A DNA stretch of 57,711 bases, the filler included, from Jimgerdemannia flammicorona (Eukaryota), in the NCBI GenBank assembly GCA_003990765.1. It is 2 parts of 2 records of this genome, joined end to end, with 100 filler letters (N's around TTAATTAATTAA, not from the genome) between each part and the next. Parts side by side here need not be neighbours in the genome. Positions count along the whole stretch, not along the records: positions 1 to 28,813 come from RBNJ01000540.1; 1 more part is not named here. One strand, written 5' to 3'. The position numbers and the translations under genes were made by a program. The notes beneath the pieces were generated by a model that saw only the letters and a program-made list of their open reading frames with translations, made no database searches and was not told the DNA's origin. Positions 1-12,400 of this stretch are shown here, piece by piece (position 1 is the first letter of the stretch; every line of letters starts with the position of its first letter).

Positions 1-25
1 AAAAAAAAAAAAAAAAAAAAAAAAA

Positions 26-3000
26 TTAAGTTTCTATTTCTCAAAATAGTACTTCTTAGTATTGAGTCTCACCTCAGATGGTTCTTTCAGAGAAGTTGAA
101 AGAAATTCTCTAGATATTGTAAATATTCCTTGAAATTTGCTAAATTAATATTAGAGTTATCTATATAGATAATCAGGTAGTGGTAAATTAATGAGATATA
201 GACTGAGTTTATTATTCTTTAGAAGATAAGTATTCAGAGATATTTAAAAAGTTTTTCTAAAACAAGAAAGGCTGTCTTTTAAATATTCTTAAAGTTTATA
301 GAGATCTCATAGAATCCTGTAAAGAGATCTATTCTACTAAGTATCTGGTATTCTATAATTAGTCTAGGAGATTATCAATTCTGAATAAGAGATAGGTATC
401 TTTTTCTATTACTGAATTGAGCTTCCTATAATCTATACAAAATTTCTATCTTTCTTTTTTATATATAATAAGTATAGAACTAGCTTAGAGACTGGTGGAG
501 AAATGACTCTATTGTTTAAGAGTTTCTAAATATATTCTTTCTTAAATATCTTTAGGTGATAAGATATTCTATAAAGTTTCTGTCAGATGGGTATTATATT
601 TTCTATATTTATTCTATAGTAGTATAATGGATTATATGGCAGATTGTTATAGTTTATTAAAGATATCCTAATATTTATAAAGAAGTCTACTAGTTATTAC
701 TATTGCTGAGATATCAATTCTTCTTCAATATTAGTAAAAGACTTCACTTTCTCCTGAGTTTCTCTGAGATCTTTTGCTATTTCCTAATAGATTCAGTTTA
801 TAAACTTCTCTGTATATTCAATTGAGATAGGGCACAAGATAGCCTATGATGGGTTTTTTTGATAGAATAAGGCTATTTCAGCTTTGGTTGATTATTTGAA
901 AATATATAGAATTCATCTTATTAAGAAATATATATTCTTCTATATCAAGATTTCAGAGATCTTTGTTTAGTTTAAAGAAGAGATTCCTAGGATCTGATAG
1001 TATAAAGATCTTGAAGATAGTCTACTCTTCTGATTCCAGGATGAGATTCTTGTGAAGTTTGACTGATTGGTAGTATACATACTTATTAGAGTATATTCTT
1101 TTTAAAGTAATTGACTTAAAGAAGATATATCTTCTTTTTGTCTGAGCTTCCAAATTCTTTAATATGTCTTGTATTTTGAATCAGATTAGGAACTTCTTAA
1201 AGTTGAGATATCTCAACCTTTATAAAGACTACTTGGGAAATTTTCTCTTCTCTATAGATTTAGATCAATTTAGAACTACTATTCTCTAAGATAATCTTAA
1301 TTTCTCCTATATATTTAAGGTCTATTGTTCTGCCTTCTGTAGTGACTCCTTGTTTTGTAAGTTCAGATCTTGAGGTCAATTAGATATAAGTTCCTTTGGG
1401 TAGCTATATAGTGAGTTCTGTATTAAGAAGTACTATATTTTCAGAGCTAATAGTTTTATCTTAGAGACTGTAAAGATCATAGTCTACATCTTTCTTATAG
1501 ACTTTTGTTGAGGGTCTGACTTCAGGGTATAGTAAGATATACTGTACAATATCCTTACTAAGAGTAGGTTATCTTTGAGCTGAGACTTCTATAGTTATAA
1601 GTCTCTATGCTTTGATATTAAGATATAACTATCTGGCTCTAGTAAAGAGATCTTGGAGATAGTTAATTTCTCTTCTTTTAGCAGAGTTTAGGAGTTGATG
1701 GTGTTCTTTGTCCATTCTTGATAAGTTATATATTTAATGAGAGCTAGGATATTATCTTCTAGATTATAATCTTAAGAATTCTTTTTGTAGATTTCTTGGC
1801 TCAGTCTTTTTGAATTCTAGCTCTGTTATCTTCTCTCTTAGATATATATATATTATGATATCTTGACTGAGATATATTTTCTCATACTGACAGATTCAGT
1901 AGTTTAGGTGTTTTCTATAGTAATAGTATCTTATTATATAAAAGTATTGTTTTTAGTTTTCAACTTCTTACTATCTTAGAAATCAGTAACCCTCCCTATT
2001 ATAGATAGAGAGAAGAGTAGCTAAGGGCTATACTTCTGTACAGATGAAGTGGCCTCTTCTATAAGATTATTTTGCCAGTATTGTAATTGTTTCTTAAAAT
2101 ATAGTTATTTATATAATAATTACTAGAGATACTAGTTCAGAGTGTATTTGTCTTTCTTATTAATTCAATACTATTTGATACTGATATCTTCTTAGCTGAA
2201 AGACTCTTTTCTGATTTGTTTCTTATCTTTGAATAATGTCAACTATACTTAGTCCTTCTTTAGTATTTCAGAGATCATTATCTTCTAATAATATTTAGTA
2301 AGAGTTATTCTAGAAGATTAGCTCAGAAAGTTCTTCTGGTTTAGAAACTTTTTTGTCAGTTGTTTCTTATTTCCAAATTACTTATATGTACTTCTGTAGC
2401 TTTAGTTATAGGTATCTTTTATGAGTAATTGTATTTCTTATTCCTTCTTTTATATATAGAGTATACTGTATCAGGAGAGTTCCTTATTTCAATGATCTTA
2501 GAGTAGTGTTCAGAGTATTTATATCTTTTGAGATAAGTGGGACATTCTTTGGCTTATTCTGTACTAGCTCTAATTGTAATAGAGATAGTATCTTATATCC
2601 ATATATTATCTTCTGACCTATTATCTACTAGATGAATTTATAGAGTTATTTTTATCTTCAGATTCTTCCTCTTTCTCTATAGTAGATTATTTACTATTGA
2701 TATATTTTTCCTAAATAGTAACCTTTTTCTTCTTCTTAGAATACTTATAGCTGATTATCTAAATTTAGTATTTCTTTTCTCTATAGTCAAATTTGAGTAT
2801 CTATTGGCTGATATCAATGACTGTATTTATTTTCTTCATCTAGTTGGTGTCAAAGATTATATAATATATAATAGCTTTAATAATAAGAGTCTTTAGAATA
2901 GAGAACTGAATTTGTCTAAGGATGATAGTAATGTTTCATACTTCTCCAAGAGGTTAAGTTTAGGCTATATCTACTGCTATGATACTGAGATTAGATGGTC

Positions 3001-4628
3001 TATCAATAGACCACTGAAGGGTATTTAGAAATCTTTTAGTAATAATACAGATAGCTGCTCCTGTATTGATAAGTATTTTTGTCTTCTGTCCTCCAATATC
3101 TCTATATAGATATATACTGATATATCTTTCAGCAGTCTGGATAGTAGCTGGTATAAGTTCTGATTGTAAGATTGGGACTCAGCTAGTACTAGACCTAATA
3201 GTTCTTAATAATTTGTTTTAAACTCCAGTAGATATCAGTTGCAAGAACTGCAGAAGAGAGAGTTTCATCTTAGTTTCTTGAATCTTTTGCTAAGCTTTAT
3301 TATAGATATCTCAGAGCATAGTCTTTGGGATATACTTCTTCTTAATTTTCAAGATTGTTAACTCTTGTTCTTTCTACTCTATCTCTCTATCTTTAGGTAA
3401 AATATTTCTTTATAAGTTATAGTTTTGAGACAAAAAGTAAAGAAGAACAGAAAGATATTTCAACCTAATTCTCCTTATCTTCTCTATCTTCCTTCTAAAT
3501 AATTCTTCTGTCTATTCTTATAGATGACCTTCTTACTGATCTTTTCCTTTTCTCAGTAGAGTAGATTGTTTTCTTAGAGATAATCTTAGTTGGATATAGG
3601 TCTAAATTACTATAGTCTTTATTATTATATTCTTTAAAGTTTTCTACAGAGTAGACTTCAGTCTTCTTATACTGGGTTGCACTCTTTTTATTTGGTAGTT
3701 CTGAGTCCTTTCAGTCACTTCTTCTGTTATTATATTCTGTTATATAGTATCTGAACTATCTAAAGTAGAAGCATTGAACTTGGGCTCTATCTTGAGATTG
3801 GTGTCTTTTTTCTTCTTATAGCTGGTAGCTTCTGTTATCTCTAAGTAGATAGTCTTAGTTTCTTTATAATATATAATTCCTATTATCTTAGAGGTAGTTC
3901 TGATTTATATATATAGTGAGTTTTTCAATTTACTCAACCAATTGGTCTAGTTTAGAGCTGAGGTCTTAGATTTCATTCTTGTCTTTCTTTTATTTCTTTG
4001 TGAATTTCTTAGATAGTCTTGATCAAGAGATATTTATCTTCTTTTCTATTATTATTTCAAGTAGTTTCTTACTTGATATCAAAGTATCCTTAGGTTATAT
4101 CTACTTATTTATTAGGCTTTTTAATGTCAAGAGTATAGACATACTGAGTAATGTTAAAAGGGATTTTATTCATAAAGATTATTAGACTAATAATATCTTA
4201 GTTAGTGGTACTGGATCTGATAGTATACATTCTCTTCTAGATTCTTATAAAAAATACTCCTGGGGATTCTCTAAGATTCATCTTTATGTCTATGATAGAT
4301 TCTTGAACTTTATAGTAAGTTTTTATTTCTGCATACTTTTCAATAAGCCAGTAGAAGATGACTTCATATTGGTCTATATAGTAGTATACATCAGCTATAT
4401 GTAGCTTATCCTAAATTGAGTTTGGATTATTTGATATTCTAGAGAAGATTTCTTTGACTAGTTTTCTTAGTTATATTTTAAAGACTATAATTGTCTTCTA
4501 GAAGTAAGATTTTTCAGGGCTGTAATTTCTTTGAGAGTTTCTGGGAATTCTCTTGGATCTTCTTCTAGATATCCTGCAAATATAGATAGTAGTACTACTA
4601 TTTGTTATCACTGTCTTCTAGTTTTTCT
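26..4628 (-). mobile_element. Ty3/Gypsy element A, internal part (gag, protease, dUTPase, start of RT), heavily degenerate
   Basis: The reverse complement is colinear with element B. 4501-4620 matches the gag start at 11461-11570, 2940-3100 matches the protease at 12990-13170, and 1250-1520 matches the dUTPase at 14680-14950. It is riddled with stops and almost CpG-free. Confidence 0.9.
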
Positions 4629-5130
4629 GTGGAGGAAGAGGGTCTAGCAGGAGCCAGGGGAGTGAACCCAGAGCTAGTGTCAAAGCAAACAGAAGATATG
4701 TGGAAGAGCATATATAAGGGGGATAAATAAAGAATATAACTGAAAATATATCAGCCATTTATTGCTATACAAAAGCACAGTTCTTATATACAAAATATGA
4801 GATCCCAAAAGGAAAGATATGCAACAACTCAAGGTGAACCAAATTAGGAACTACATGACTACCAGAGATAAGTAGAGATAAAGAGAGAGCCAATCCCAGT
4901 TGCAAGATAAAAATCACAAATAAATACAAATAAAACAAATCCAAATCAAGATTAAAAAAATATCCACAGACTCTAGAGAGGTGAGCATGAGTAAGGGGTG
5001 AGGCCAAAATAGAGCAAGCTATAGTGAGCTTGAGCAAAGTGAGGGGCCAAAGGCAGCAGAGGGGAGCAGAGTAAGGCTGAAACCCCAGAGTGAGTGTGAG
5101 ACCCTGGAGCAGACAAGGATGTTTTTAATC
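4629..5130. repeat. PLE pseudo-LTR copy 1 (segment A of ~325 bp plus purine-rich spacer B)
   Basis: Aligns along its whole length with 8281-8784, with differences mostly transitions. Confidence 0.9.
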
Positions 5131-5249
5131 CTCTCTGGCAGAACCAGAGACACCAAAAGGTGATGAAAACACAAAATGAGAGTAATGGATTAAAGAATAA
5201 ATAGAAGGAAGATGCAAATGAGCAATCAGAGGGTATCAGAGAAGAGAAA

Positions 5250-7030
5250 AAAGTCTATGGCATAAAAGAGAAGAGCACAGGATGGTGTCAGGGCATTGGG
5301 CAACCCAGCAAGTATGATCAAATGGTATAACAAGAATCAGAGATAGGAAAGAAGAGGGGGTATGGAGTGGGTAAGGAGGGAGGGAGGAGAGAGAGAGGGG
5401 GTAAAGAGGAGAGAGGAGAGAAGATCAAACAACAGACCATTCAATAGAAGTAAGCAGATTATGAATGATGGAAATAGGGTAGGCATGATGATGGACCATA
5501 AAGTTGCCAAGAACCTGAACAGTAGACACCCAGTCAGAACAACAGGAGCAGCATAGTGCAAGATGATGAACCTTATCATGAATATATTTAAGAAGAGTGT
5601 GATGAGGATGATTGAAACAGAAGTCAGAGAACTATTGGAAATGGGAGAAGTGAGAATAAACAATAGTTTGGAAGGGAGAAAGAGAAATGGAAAGGTCAAA
5701 AAAGGAAACACTAGTCATACCACACACCCAAGTAATGGAATGATGGAGAGGGTAGATGCCAATGAATATACTAGGAATATCTATACCAGCAACAGCAAGA
5801 ACAATAAAGTCATCAATGTATCAGCAAAAAAAGATATCTCCAGCTCAGAATGCGATAGAAAGAGGTGAAAAAAGATCACATATTGCTTGAAGTTCATGGG
5901 CCAGGCCAATAAGGTTGGTAAGGGTGGGGGTACAATTTGTTCTCATAGTAATATCAGAAATCTGGTGAAAGGAGCCAAGGGCTGACTTGAAATAATTGGA
6001 GCTACAGATAAGAAGTATAAGCTCAACAATAGAAGTCAACAAAACTGGGGAATCCAAAGAAAAGACAATGGAATCTAAGAAGTGAAGACAATTATTGATC
6101 TTATCAAAATGAATAGTAGTGTAGAAGGAAGAGAAGTCACCAGAGGCCAAATGGGAGAAATAGTGAACAGATATAATGGTGGAACAAAAGAGAGCAAGCT
6201 CCTGAGTATCATGAAGAAGAGTATACTCAGGCCCAAGATAGTGTTGTAGAAGAGCCATCCAAGAGAGGAAGAAGCAGGATAACTACTTCGAAATCTCAGT
6301 AGTAGGTGAACTATAAGCAGCCATAATGGGACACTAAGCCAGAATGGGCTTGTGGACTTTGGAAAGAGCATAAAAGACTGAAAGACAAAAGTCTGAAGAG
6401 AACAAAGAGTTCTGGAAGAAGTTAAAAATGGAGTTTGCAAAGGGAGAATTCAAAAATGATCTAGTATGAGCCAGAGAAACCTGAAGAAGAATGAGAACCT
6501 CATCCAATCCAAGAGTACTAGGCTCATAAGCCACAGCTTAAAGGAGAGCAGTAAGGCCATCAAGGTAGAGTAACTTTGGAATAAGAGCAAAACCCTGATT
6601 CTTATCAGTAACTATGAGCAAATACAAAGACAATTGCTTGACTGATTTGAGTGCAGTATATATGGCATGGTCTGAAACCAAGCAAGAGCAAGTGCACCCA
6701 GGAACAGACAGCAAGCAAGTCATGTCAAGAAATATGCAGTGTGAACAGACATTGGGAGGAGAGACCCAATTACTTGGAATATAATAGTGAGAGGGCATCT
6801 TACCATAATCTTCAAAGAAGATGGCAAGGTCAAGAGCATGATGAAAACATATAAGATAAGCTGGGTCTGTGGAGGAGAATTGGGAGAGAGTTGCAGGAAA
6901 AACAAAGCAAGGACCCAGGAATAAGGTAAAGACTTGAAGGGGAGAAAGGAGGCAGTCAGTCTGAGAAAAAGGAGGAGATAGAAGAGCTCTAGAAGAAGAA
7001 TAAACCCAAAGGTTCAGGACAAGCAACTGG
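5250..7030 (-). pseudogene. PLE reverse transcriptase (ORF2), disrupted
   Basis: Motifs occur in order: LFLGPCFVFP, SNWVSPP, IVTDKNQGFALI, FYALSKVHKP..(R)PI, LASGDFSSFYTTI, QISDITMRTNCTPTLTNL (like GxAMGTNCAPxLANL), YIDD at ~5809-5820, FDLSIS, NHPHH..YI..KV..L..CS. Stops and a frameshift are present. Confidence 0.85.
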
Positions 7031-7073
7031 GAAAGATGAAGGGGGGACAGTATGAGGAACTACTCAGGGTACA

Positions 7074-8363
7074 TCAGAAGTGACAATGAAATCTGAGATG
7101 GAACAGAGACACCAGGAGAGAACTATGCTGGGGGGAAGTTTTAGAGTGAGAGGCCTTTCTCTTCCCTCTGACTTTTTTTGAAGGTGGTGAATCTGATGAA
7201 TGGGAGCACACCCCATCAGAGTACCAAATCTTACAGCTATAGGCTTTCATGCAGCCCTTGCATTCAGGGGCATGGATAGAGAAGGTAGAGGAGGAGCTGG
7301 CAGAGGAGACAGAGGGAGAGTAAGCAGCCAAAGGGGCAGTAGTGTGAGGGACACCACCATGGAGGCAGACAGACTTGGCCAGGTGCCAATAGGCATGGTG
7401 GTGGTGACTGGAGCAGACAGTATAAGGCCAAGTCTCAATGGGGTGAGAACTAAGTTGGTGGCCATGCTTGGGGTCAGGGGGAATGGAAGAAGAAGCCTTG
7501 GCAGAGAAGAGGGACCAAGAAGAGGCTGATGAAGCCTGGTTGGGCTTGGCAGAGGTCTTGGCAGGGGCCTTGGCAGTAGCAGTGGCAAAGGAATGAACCT
7601 TGGCATAAGCAGCAGCATGAGCCTCAGCATGGATAACCTCAGAGACCAAAACCTTGAGAGAGGTAGGCAGGGGAGCAGTGGTGGTAGTGTGGGCAGCAGC
7701 AGCAGTATGTGTTGTTTTCTACTCATGGAGGCAAGTGACAAAAGAGGTACCAGCAAGAAGGAAGCAACAAACAGCATTGATGTCAGCAGTAGCAGTAGCA
7801 AAGGAAACTTTATGGGCAGTGAAACTACAGAAGAGAGTGGCATCCAAAAGATGAGAGACAGCAAGGGCCACAAAGAAGGTACAAGCATAGTGAAAGAAGA
7901 CAGAGGCAGTGGCAGCAGTAGCAGCAGCAGCATCAGCAGAGGCCAACTTGATGGTGGCAGAGGCAGTACAAATCTCTTCAGAGAGAGCTTAACAGCAAGT
8001 CTCAGGAAGGATGAAGTAGCAGATGGCAGGTGGAGTAATTATGTTGATGTTATAGTGGAGACAAGCCTCCTTGGTAGAGAGGACAAGAACCAACTGGAAT
8101 TGAGAGAGGAGTAGATGACCAGAAGGATGAAGGTCCAGAGGGAGAGAAAGGATAGCAGATAAGATATAGGTCTCAAATGAGATAGTGGTGGGGACAAAAG
8201 CAGGGGGAGGGAGAGAAGAAAGAACCTCATTCATAACCTCATCAATAGAGATGAAGGCCCCAAGGGCAGATAGTACAAAAGTGGAGAAAGAGGGTCCAGC
8301 AGAATCCAGGAGAGTGAACTCAGAGCTAGTGTCAAAGTAAACAGAAGATATGTAGAAGAGCAT
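7074..8363 (-). pseudogene. PLE ORF1-like Ala-rich protein (~430 codons, 2 internal stops)
   Basis: Track ORFs 7989-8363, 7719-7946 and 7074-7649 share one frame. The start lies inside the pseudo-LTR, upstream of the RT ORF. Confidence 0.6.
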
Positions 8364-9105
8364 GTATAAGGGAGATAAATAAAGAATATAACCAAAAATA
8401 TATCAGCCATTTATTACCATATAAAAGCATAGTCTTTATATATAAAATACAAGATCCCAAAAGAGAAGATGTACAACAACTCAGGGCAAACTGAATTAGG
8501 AACTATATGACTACTGAAGATAAGCAGAGATAAAGAGAGAGCCAATCCCAGTTGCAGGATAAAAATCACAAACAAATACAAACAAAACAAATCCAAATCA
8601 AGATTAAAAAAACATCTGCAGACCTCAGAGAGGTGAGCATGAGCAAGGAGTGAGGCTGAAACAGAGTGAGCCACAGTAAGCCTGAGCAAAGTAAGGGGCT
8701 GAAGGCAGCAGAGGGGAGCAGAGTAGGGCCAAGACCCTGGAGCAAGTGTAAGACCCCAGAGAGAGTAAGGATGTTTTTTTAATCTTAATTTGGATTTGTT
8801 TTGTTTATATTTGTTTGTGATTTTTATCCTGCAACTGAAATTGGCTCCCTCTTTATCTCCACTTATCTCTGGTGGTCATGTGGTTCCTAATTCAGTTCAC
8901 CTTGAGTTATTGCATGTCTTCACTTTTGGGATCTCATATTTTGTATATATGGACCATGCTTTTATATGACAATAAATGGCTGATGTATTTTCAGTTACAT
9001 TCTTTATTTGTCTCCCTTATACACACTCTTCTACATGTCTTCTATTTGCTTTGACACTGGCTCTGGGTTCACTCCTCTAGCTCTCACTGGGCCCTCTTTC
9101 TCCAC
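8281..9105. repeat. PLE pseudo-LTR copy 2 plus inverted copy, forming an A-B-A' palindrome
   Basis: 8281-8616 and 8770-9105 are reverse complements (GTGGAGAAAGAGGG...CCCTCTTTCTCCAC) around a ~155-bp spacer. Confidence 0.9.
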
Positions 9106-9595
9106 TATCTGTTTTACTTATTATAGATATATTAAGTCTAGTTGAGCTACTAAGAGATAATAGAGTTAAAGGACATATACTTGATCTTTAGAGTACTGGA
9201 ATACTTCTTGGTATTCTTGAAGGTGCTGAGCTTAGAGAATTTACTGATTCAAATAAGGATAAGATAGGTAGAACTTCTAAAAAGAATCAAAATTAGACAA
9301 TATAATCTTCAAGTTCTTATACAAGTTTGTCAAAATTTTAAATAGGATTTTTTATATTATCTGATTAATCTGACTGAGTCAGATCTCTTAGTAGTAAGTC
9401 TGCTGGTACTTTTGAAGTATTTATAAGCTGTACTCTTAGTAATTAGACTAGTATTGGTTGAGAATTTTGTACTGTACTGAACTCTGATTGAGATCCTTCT
9501 GATACTAAGTAGTTGATAAGTCTTGAGGTAATTATTTCTCTTCTTATTCAAATACTTCTGATAATTTATTCTCCTATAATAATAGAGATTAGTAC
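9106..9595 (-). mobile_element. Continuation of Gypsy A (region upstream of the gag ATG)
   Basis: The reverse complement of 9190-9230 (GCACCTTCAAGAATACCAAGAAGTATTCCA) matches 11318-11348 of element B. Confidence 0.75.
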
Positions 9596-10925
9596 TGTAA
9601 CAGACCAAAATATACTACCTGAATTATAACTTAGCCAGATGATGCGAACAATTAGCATACTTACTCAGCATGATGTAACTTCCAGTGTATCATAGTTACC
9701 CATGCCCGCCACACTTATAATTAGCCAAGATACCAGATCAGGATTGTTTACTTATATTCTGAGGACACACTTATGTCCTGTGGACACACTCATGTCCTGC
9801 AGATACACTCATGTCCTGCAGACACACTCATGTCCTGCAGACACACCTGTACCCAGAGAATACACCCAAGCATTACCAGAAGTAGCAAATCTATAGTTAG
9901 CCACATAGTGACCAGATAGCAACCAACTTATATAAATTACCCCAGAGATAAGAGTGAATAAACCTCAGTCCAAAATACAAATACCAAAGAAGCCTCTAAA
10001 GATTGAGCATTGGTCCCCTTTCCACTCTGGTCTACTTTCTGATACAAAGCTTGAAGATTTGCCACCAAGTTTAAGGAAGAACTTTGCTGCCTTTGGAATT
10101 ATTGGTATACTTGCCAGACTAAGCCTGAAGAATCCAAGTTTGCTGCCAAGTTTAAGGAAGAACTTTGCTGCTTTTTGAAGAACTGCCGCTTAAGGAATAA
10201 GTCATGCTATTGGTATACTTGCCAGATAAGCCTGAAGAACCCAAGTTTCTGTATTCCCAGAGAGCCTTACCACAAGCCAGTCCCTGATGCAACTTCGCAG
10301 TGATCCATTTGTATAAACAAAGCCAGTCTAGATACAACTTGCCAAGAACCTGAGTTATTTCCCAGAAGCTGCCAATTCAGGAAGAATCTGCACCATCCAA
10401 GTTTTCTGAGTTATCTGCCATATTCTCAGTTGAAGCCACCAATTCAGAAGAATCTGTGCCATCGTTGTTCCCAGTGAGCCAAACTGAGTTATCCACTAGA
10501 GATTGCATACTTTTGGAGACTGCCATCACCCAAGAAGGAAACTGCTCATGCTACATACAAATTCTGCCATTTCCAGTTGACCTGAATAAGGAATCCACTT
10601 GTGCTACACAAGATTATCACTCAGAAATTGCATAAGAAGAACTGCTAAACTACCAGACTGTCATGCACAAGGAGATTGTCATGCTATACAAAAAATCAAC
10701 CACTACCCAAGAAGGAAACCCATTTACAAACTGCTGCTACACCTAGAGAACTGTCCCAATTAGGAAATTGACACACAAATCACTTGCAGATATCCAGCTT
10801 TGACTATTATACTGCTAAATACCAAGAACATTTTGTTGCTTTTTGACAAAGTAACTGGGGACACAAGCCAAACTACATCAACCCCCAACCTTGTAATTTG
10901 CCTCTATTGAGCCAGGCACATTACA
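9596..10925 (+). repeat. 5' LTR of element B
   Basis: Runs TGTAACA...CATTACA and is colinear with 18500-19829. It has ~20-bp tandem repeats at 9765-9850, TATAAA at 9931 and AATAAA at 9957. Confidence 0.95.
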
Positions 10926-10927
10926 TT

Positions 10928-10944
10928 TGGGGGCTCAACTGGGA
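10928..10944 (+). promoter_or_regulatory. Primer-binding site, tRNA-Pro type
   Basis: TGGGGGCTCAACTGGGA lies 2 nt after the LTR and matches the MLV tRNA-Pro PBS (TGGGGGCTCGTCCGGGA) at 14 of 17 positions. Confidence 0.75.
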
Positions 10945-11474
10945 AGATTTCAAAATCGACGTGACTTTTCAGCTCACAAGAACCCACAGTCAAACTGGAT
11001 ATATTTGATACAACACCAACCTCTGCCACTACAGGAGAACCAGTTATCACTAATATCTGGATAGGAAGAGAAGTAATCACATTAAGACTTGCCAACTACC
11101 CAGCATTAGAAAGTTCCCAACCAGAAGGCAGTACTACCCGAAATCCCCAACCAGATCAACCAGACAATACAGGCAGCCCTGCTAGAGATTTTGGAGAACT
11201 TGCACAAGAACTAGAAGACCTTATTACATAAACCTGAGACCTTACAGCCAGATGCCCCAGATCAGTCCCACCAATCTCATCAATAGAACCTTTACCACAA
11301 CCCCTTGAATTGGAAGCAGCTCCTACAAGAATACCCAGGCTTATTCCATTTCACCCAAGATCCAGAACACCATCCTTGAGATACCCAAGCACCCACATCC
11401 CCAGTGACAGTTCAGAAAGTGAATCAGAATCTGAATCTGAACCTGAACCAGAATCAGAAGAAAGTGATGACAAA

Positions 11475-12400
11475 ATGGCCACCTCTTTGCAAACCTTTGC
11501 AGGATACCCAGAGGAAGACCCCAGAGAATTCCTTGATGGAATTGAAGGAATCGCAGCCTTGAGGAATCTCTCAGATGAAAGAAAAATCGACATCTATAAG
11601 GCTCAGCTCAGGGAGCCAGCCAGAGGAATTTTCCACTGAACAGCAAACAACCCAGATTCAGAACTGGCAAGACAGATACAAGCAGCAATGTTCTATGAGC
11701 TAGAATATGAGGCCATGGTCCACTGACTCATTAAAAAGTATGCAGGAAATGAAACCCACCACAAGGCTCAGGAATCTATTATGGGGATGAAGATGAATCT
11801 TGGAGAATCACCCAGAGCCTTCTTCATAAGAATTCAGAAGAGAATGCATACTGCTGGGTTCAATGCCACCAATCAGGACATCATTGGTCCAATGACCTTC
11901 ATGAATGGAATCCCTCTAAATATTGCTCAGCATGTCCGCACCCTAGGCATCAGAAGGTCTGAAGAGCAAGTAGATGCAGCCTAAGGATTCTTTGATGTCA
12001 GACAAGGAACTACCTGGAGTGACCATGACAAGAAAGAAGAAAAAGAAAGATCCTGGTCAAAGCCCTACAAGGACTCCTTCAAGGACAAGAAAGATCTGAA
12101 GAAAGAAGACCAGTCAAGAAAGGAAAGAAAGACAGAAGTGAAATCCAAGACCTCAGTTCCAAGTTGGACTGATTGGTTGGACAGATTGAAAAACTCACAA
12201 TATGCGAAAACCAGAGCTACCAAGACAATAGAGGATACCCACCACAGAGGAGCCAAGGTTATCCACCCAGAGATAACAGGGGTTATCAGCAAGAAGAAAG
12301 AAGATATTCTGCCTGAGACAGAGCCCAAGTTCAATGCTTCCACTGTGGACAATTTGGACACTATGCTACTGAATGTGACAACAAAAGAAGTGACCAAAGA
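11475..12400 (+). pseudogene. gag: Gag with CCHC zinc knuckle
   Basis: Begins MATSLQTFAGYPEEDPREFL, with CFHCGQFGHYATEC at 12335-12376. Internal stops and one frameshift are present. Confidence 0.85.

Larger units (their letters stand above)
4629..9105 (-). mobile_element. Penelope-like retroelement (PLE) with two ORFs, no recognisable GIY-YIG endonuclease, and direct plus inverted terminal repeats
   Basis: PLE-type RT motifs lie on the minus strand. 4629-5130 is directly repeated at 8281-8784, and 8770-9105 is an inverted copy of 8281-8616. The flanks on both sides belong to Gypsy A. Confidence 0.85.

Noticed and set aside
5362..8114. Plus-strand ORFs over the PLE
   Set aside because: These are antisense shadows of the pyrimidine-rich PLE coding strand.
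8281..9105. Hammerhead ribozyme in the PLE pseudo-LTR
   Set aside because: No CTGANGA...GAAA core with flanking stems was found by eye. Mutation could have erased it.
4629..9105. DIRS/Ngaro element or TIR DNA transposon
   Set aside because: Despite the split and inverted repeats, the RT motifs are PLE-type and no tyrosine recombinase, RNase H or transposase motif is visible.
9702..10337. Short ORFs inside LTRs (also 18606-19437, 21131-21906, 39411-40012, 50792-51687)
   Set aside because: They are explained by tandem repeats and LTR duplication, and the frames are not conserved between subfamilies.
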